This document shows, in pieces, positions 20,601-25,325 of a stretch of DNA of 25,325 bases. The notes below the pieces were generated by a model. It did no database searches. It was not told the DNA's origin and worked only from the letters and a program-made list of their open reading frames with translations. The first letter of the stretch is position 1; each line of letters starts with the position of its first letter. The translations under genes were made by a program, and so were the position numbers. Origin of the DNA: Podospora anserina (Eukaryota). The DNA lies in contig CM030338.1 in the NCBI GenBank assembly GCA_017654855.1, positions 4,154,001-4,179,325 of the forward strand, written 5' to 3'.

Positions 20601-22190
20601 CTAAACTTATCGTACGAATTTCGACTACTCCTCCGGCAAATCGGCTAATATATAGTTTTAATCGGGATACAATTACTCTTCCTAATAATTACCCTTTTAC
20701 TTCGGGATTTACTAGGGTTTTATAAAAGTTTATATTTTAATTCGTAAAAAATAATTATTATATAATTTATTATATCCCGGTCGAATATTAAGTATTTTAT
20801 AATTAAATATAGGGATTAAAAGGCCGTCCTTTAAGCTTTTTATTAGTAAATTAACTTTATCGGTAACCGTGATCCTCGTACGAGGGTTATTATTTATTTT
20901 TTTTCGATCGATTTTATTAAAACTATTTTATATTTACTTAAGTGTCCGGTATACTATAGTAGTATAGAAAAAAATATCTAAAAGAGTAAGATTATACGAA
21001 AGTAGATTAAAAGCGGTAATACTATTATAGTAACGTTTGCCCTAAATATTAATATTAATATTCTAAACGTATAATATATTTTCTATACCGGGCTTTTAAA
21101 GATATTAAAGGACTTTATTTAGGAAAGCGGACGAGCCGGGAAAGACGGAATAAAGGCCGAATCGGTAATTTTTTTTATAAAGAATTGTACGGCCGGAAAG
21201 TTAATTATTGGAGTTATGGATTTAGCGTTATTAAAGATAAAGTATTTCGTACGGAATAATAATTTATATTATAGAATTATTTTTTCCCGGGTAATAGACG
21301 GGCGGATGGATAGGGCCGGGTGTAAGGAGGGCGAGGAGTTATATAGGTTATATAAAGAGCGGTTTTCTAATATAGCTCGTACAAAGTTATTCCGAATAGA
21401 GAAGGAGGCTTATAGGTTTTATTATACGGTAATCCCGGAGGGTATAGATAAGTAGGCTTTCGATATAGTTATTAATAAAGAAAAGTAATATTAGGTTATT
21501 ATAAAAGAGCGGGAAAGGAGGAAAAATATTATACGAAACGTAGAGGTTATAACTAAAGTATTTTTATAGTTACGGGTAAACTATATAGTTTACTTTTTAA
21601 AGTGTACCGAGTTTAGGGAGGAATACGTACGGTACGAATTTTAGTAATTAACGGCTTACGGATTTTATAGTATTATATAAAATATTCCGTAACTAACTAA
21701 ACTTCCTAGTAAATTAAAAAAGCTATATATATTAAAGGGTTTACTTAAAGATAAACGGGCTTAGAAAAAAAGCGTAGAGTTAAGCGATTGGCTTTTAAGG
21801 GTTAGGGGTTTAAGTTTAAGTATCGTACGAAAGTTAAACGGAGGTTTTTAAGGGTGTAATAAATATAGGGTTTTAAAAAGGTTTTGTAGGCGGTAGGAAC
21901 CATTAAGGGAAGACGAGGGTTCGTTTTATAAGTTTGGGAAGGATTATTTATACGGAATAAAATTAATAATGGGGTTAGTTATAATTAAAAAAAGGGGTTT
22001 AGGTTAATTTAAAGAGGATATTAAGGTACTTTATTAGAAATACGGGGTTATATTGGATAACGAGATAAGGGTAATACGTCGGTTACTTATATAAGTAAAA
22101 GTATCGGATATTAAATATTCTATAATAGTATTAGTTTGGGTTAAAGTGTAGGAGGAAATTTATACGAAATATCTAAAGTTAATAGAGTAA
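17650..22190 (+). pseudogene. Heavily RIP-mutated telomere-linked-helicase-like (RecQ family) gene
   Basis: Relics in order: Y*RFF (CQRFF, ~17895, DUF3505-like); degraded Walker A GINNKKN (~20313); FITPE; RIIFNECY (DECH, 20583); DFI*ESGRAGKDG (QESGRAGRDG, 21120-21149); YYRIIFSRVIDG..GCKEGEELYRLY (RecQ Zn-binding-like). Ends are approximate. Confidence 0.85.
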
Positions 22191-22969
22191 TATTATGGTT
22201 TTTTTTTTTAAAAATATATATATATATATATATATTATAAATAAAAGTAAAAATAAAGAAAAATATTATATTATAATAGTAGAAAAATATATAAAATTAA
22301 TTATAATATTATAAAAATATATATATAATAAAAGCTTATTAGTAAATTATATTATACGTAGGAAAAAGAAAAGATATTATAAGCTCGTAAGCTATATAAT
22401 AAGTACCGGAACGGCCTGATCAAAGGGCTAGAATAGCCTATACACGTATAATATATAAAATATAAAAAAAGAAAAGTCGATATTATATTTAAAATAAAAT
22501 ATTAAAAATAAACTATTTATATATATAACCTATAAACCCCCGAATTCTTTAAAAAGTTTATATTATTATTTATACTTTTAAAAATATAACCGAACTTTAT
22601 ATAAATATATTTATAAAACTTTAAATATATTATTTTACGAAAAAAATAATAATATTTTATAATAAAAAAGAAATTAATAAATATAAAGAGACTTTTTATT
22701 AATATTTTTAAATAGTATAAAGAAATTAAATAATTAATAAAGAAAAGAAAAAAAAAGTAATTAAATAAGGGTATAATATATAGTAAAAAAAAATTATTAA
22801 TTAAATAAATTTAAAATATAAAATTTATTATTCTTTATAAATTAAATAAATAAAAGTTAAATTAATATATATATATATATATAAATATTAATACTTAATA
22901 TATATAAACGAAAAAAAACTATATATTATAATATAAAAATTTAAAGAATATATAATTATTATATATAAG

Positions 22970-25325
22970 TAGGAAAGTACCCGAACCGCTATATATATAT
23001 ATAAGGATATATAAAGACTAACTACTATATATTAGTAAGAGGGAATATGAATTACTATATATATATATAAAACTATATAAAAGCTAATAACTATATATAA
23101 GTATAAATATATTAAACCCGCTATATATACGTAAAAAAAAAGTATTAACCGCTATATATATAATAAATAAAGTGCTAACCGCTATATAAATATAGAAAGG
23201 AATATTAACCGGTATATATATATAGAAAAAAGTATTAAGCGCTATATATACGTAAAGAAAAGTATTAACCGCTATATATATAGTAATAAGAGTACTAACC
23301 GCTATATATATATAAAAAAAAGTATTAACCGCTATATATATATAAAAATACGTTAAAACTAATTATAATATAAATATAAAAAGGAATAGTAACCCGTATA
23401 TATATGTGGAAAGAAGTATTAACCGATATATATATATAAAAAAATACGTTAAAACTAATCGCTATATAGATATAAAAGGGAATAGTAACCCGTATCTATA
23501 TATAGAAAGAAGTGCTAACCGCTATATAAATATAGAAAGGAATAATAACCCGTATATATATATAGAAAGAAATGCTAACCGCTATATATATATAAGGATA
23601 CGTTAAAACTAACCGCTATAGAAATATAAAAGGAATAGTAACCCGTATATATATATGGAAAAAGTATTAACCGCGCGATATATATAGATAAAGATACGTT
23701 AAAACTAACCGCTATAAAAATATAGAAAGGAAGAGTAACCCGTATATATATGTGAAAAGAAGTGCTAACCGCTATATATATATATAAAAATACGTTAAAA
23801 CTAACCGCTATATAAATATAAAAAGGAATAGTAACCCGTATATATATGTGGAAAGAAGCGCTAACCGCTATATATATATATAAAGATTTATTAAAACTTA
23901 TTGCTATAAATATATAGAAAGAAATACTAACCGCTATATAGATATAGTAAATAGTGTTAACCGCTATAAATATATATAAAGATTTACCGCTTTATATATA
24001 GTAAGGAATACTAACCGGTATATATATAAATAAAAAAAGTATTAATTATTATATATAAATAAAAAGACTATTAAGGGTAAAAAATATATATATATATATA
24101 TTAATTAAAATTAACCGCTATATAAATATAGAAAGGAATATAAATTAATATATATATATAGAAAAAGGGGCCAACCGCTATATATATATAAGGATACGTT
24201 AAAACTAACCGCTATAGAAATATAAAAAGGGATAGTAACCCGTATATATATATAGAAAAAAGTATTAACCGCGATATATATATAAGGGTAGGTTAAAATT
24301 AACCGCTATAGAAATATAGAAAGGAATAGTAACCCGTATATATATATAGAAAAAAGTGTTAACCGCGATATATATATAAGGGTAGGTTAAACTAACCGCT
24401 ATAGAAATATAGAAAGGAATAGTAATCCGTATATATAAAAAGGAAAAAGTGTTAACCGTTATATAAATATAGAAAGGAATATTAACTTATATATATATAT
24501 AAAGAAAATGCTAACGGCTATAAATATATAAAAAGAAATTTTAATTATTATAAATATATAGAAAGATCCGTTAAGATTAACCGCTATAAATATATAGAAA
24601 GAAGTACTAACCGCTATATATATATAGAAAGAAGTGCTGACCGCTATATATATATAGAAAAAATTGCTAACCGCTAAAAATATATATAAAGATACGTTAA
24701 AACTAAGCGCTATCTATATAGTAAAAAAAGTATTAAACCGCTATATATATATATATATAAAAGTATATAAAAATCAACTGCTATATATATATCTAAAGAT
24801 ATATTAACCGATATATATATATATAAAGAAATACTTACCGCTATATATAAAGAAAAAAAATATTAAATGCAATATATATATATATAATAAATAAAAACTA
24901 AGCGCTCGATATATAATATAAAAAATACTAAACGCTATATTTATAGTAAAAAGCATGCTAACCGCTATATATATATAATAATATATTAAAACTAACCGCT
25001 ATAAATATATTAAAAGAACTATTAATAGTAAAAAGCATAATAACTGCTATATATATATAATAATATATTAAGACTAAGCGCTATAAATATATTAAAAAAA
25101 GTGCTAACAGCAAAAAGCATACTAAACGCTATATATATATAATATTATGTTAAAACTAACCGCTATAAATATATTAAAAAAAGTACCGACAGAAAAAAGC
25201 ATACCAACCGCTATATATATATAATAATATATTAAGACAAACCGCTATAAATATATTAAAAAAAGTACCGACAGAAAAAAGCATACCAACCGCTGTATAT
25301 ATATAATGATATGATAAGACTAACC
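22970..25325. repeat. AT-rich minisatellite of ~30/36-bp units with TAACCG/TAACCC cores and a 96-bp higher-order period; runs off window end
   Basis: Recurrent aaccgctatatatatatagaaagaagtgct. TACGTTAAAACT at 23349, 23445, 23599, 23695 and 23791 (96, 154, 96, 96). A different unit variant dominates after ~24900. Confidence 0.9.

Noticed and set aside
21216-21455. 79-aa ORF as a standalone gene
   Set aside because: It is a stop-free remnant of the helicase pseudogene.
23406-23606. 66-aa ORF
   Set aside because: It is a translation of the minisatellite.

Overview
Repeat-rich, gene-free fungal DNA, probably from a filamentous ascomycete given the CpA->TpA (RIP-type) mutation pattern. The core is a complete 11.86-kb Ty3/Gypsy LTR retrotransposon (790-12651). 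It has two 363-bp LTRs that look identical, a 4-bp TSD, a tRNA-Gln-type PBS, a PPT and one long gag-pol frame without a chromodomain, now broken by RIP-type stops and 1-nt frameshifts. It is nested in an older, RIP-damaged Ty1/Copia element on the minus strand. Between pol and the 3' LTR it carries two divergent accessory genes: an antisense, intron-containing Cys-rich (DUF3716-like) gene and a sense Ulp1/C48 SUMO-protease-like gene. The element also has about 38 dispersed copies of a semi-palindromic motif (CCYCTGATCAGRGG), in all frames and in non-coding DNA. Together these suggest an element-encoded, sequence-specific anti-silencing system; this is a hypothesis. The right half is heavily RIP-mutated: a 202-bp tandem array, a complex repeat block, a ~4.5-kb telomere-linked-helicase-like (RecQ) pseudogene with a possible tyrosine-recombinase-like middle domain, and a TAACCG/TAACCC minisatellite. 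All counts and alignments were done by eye.
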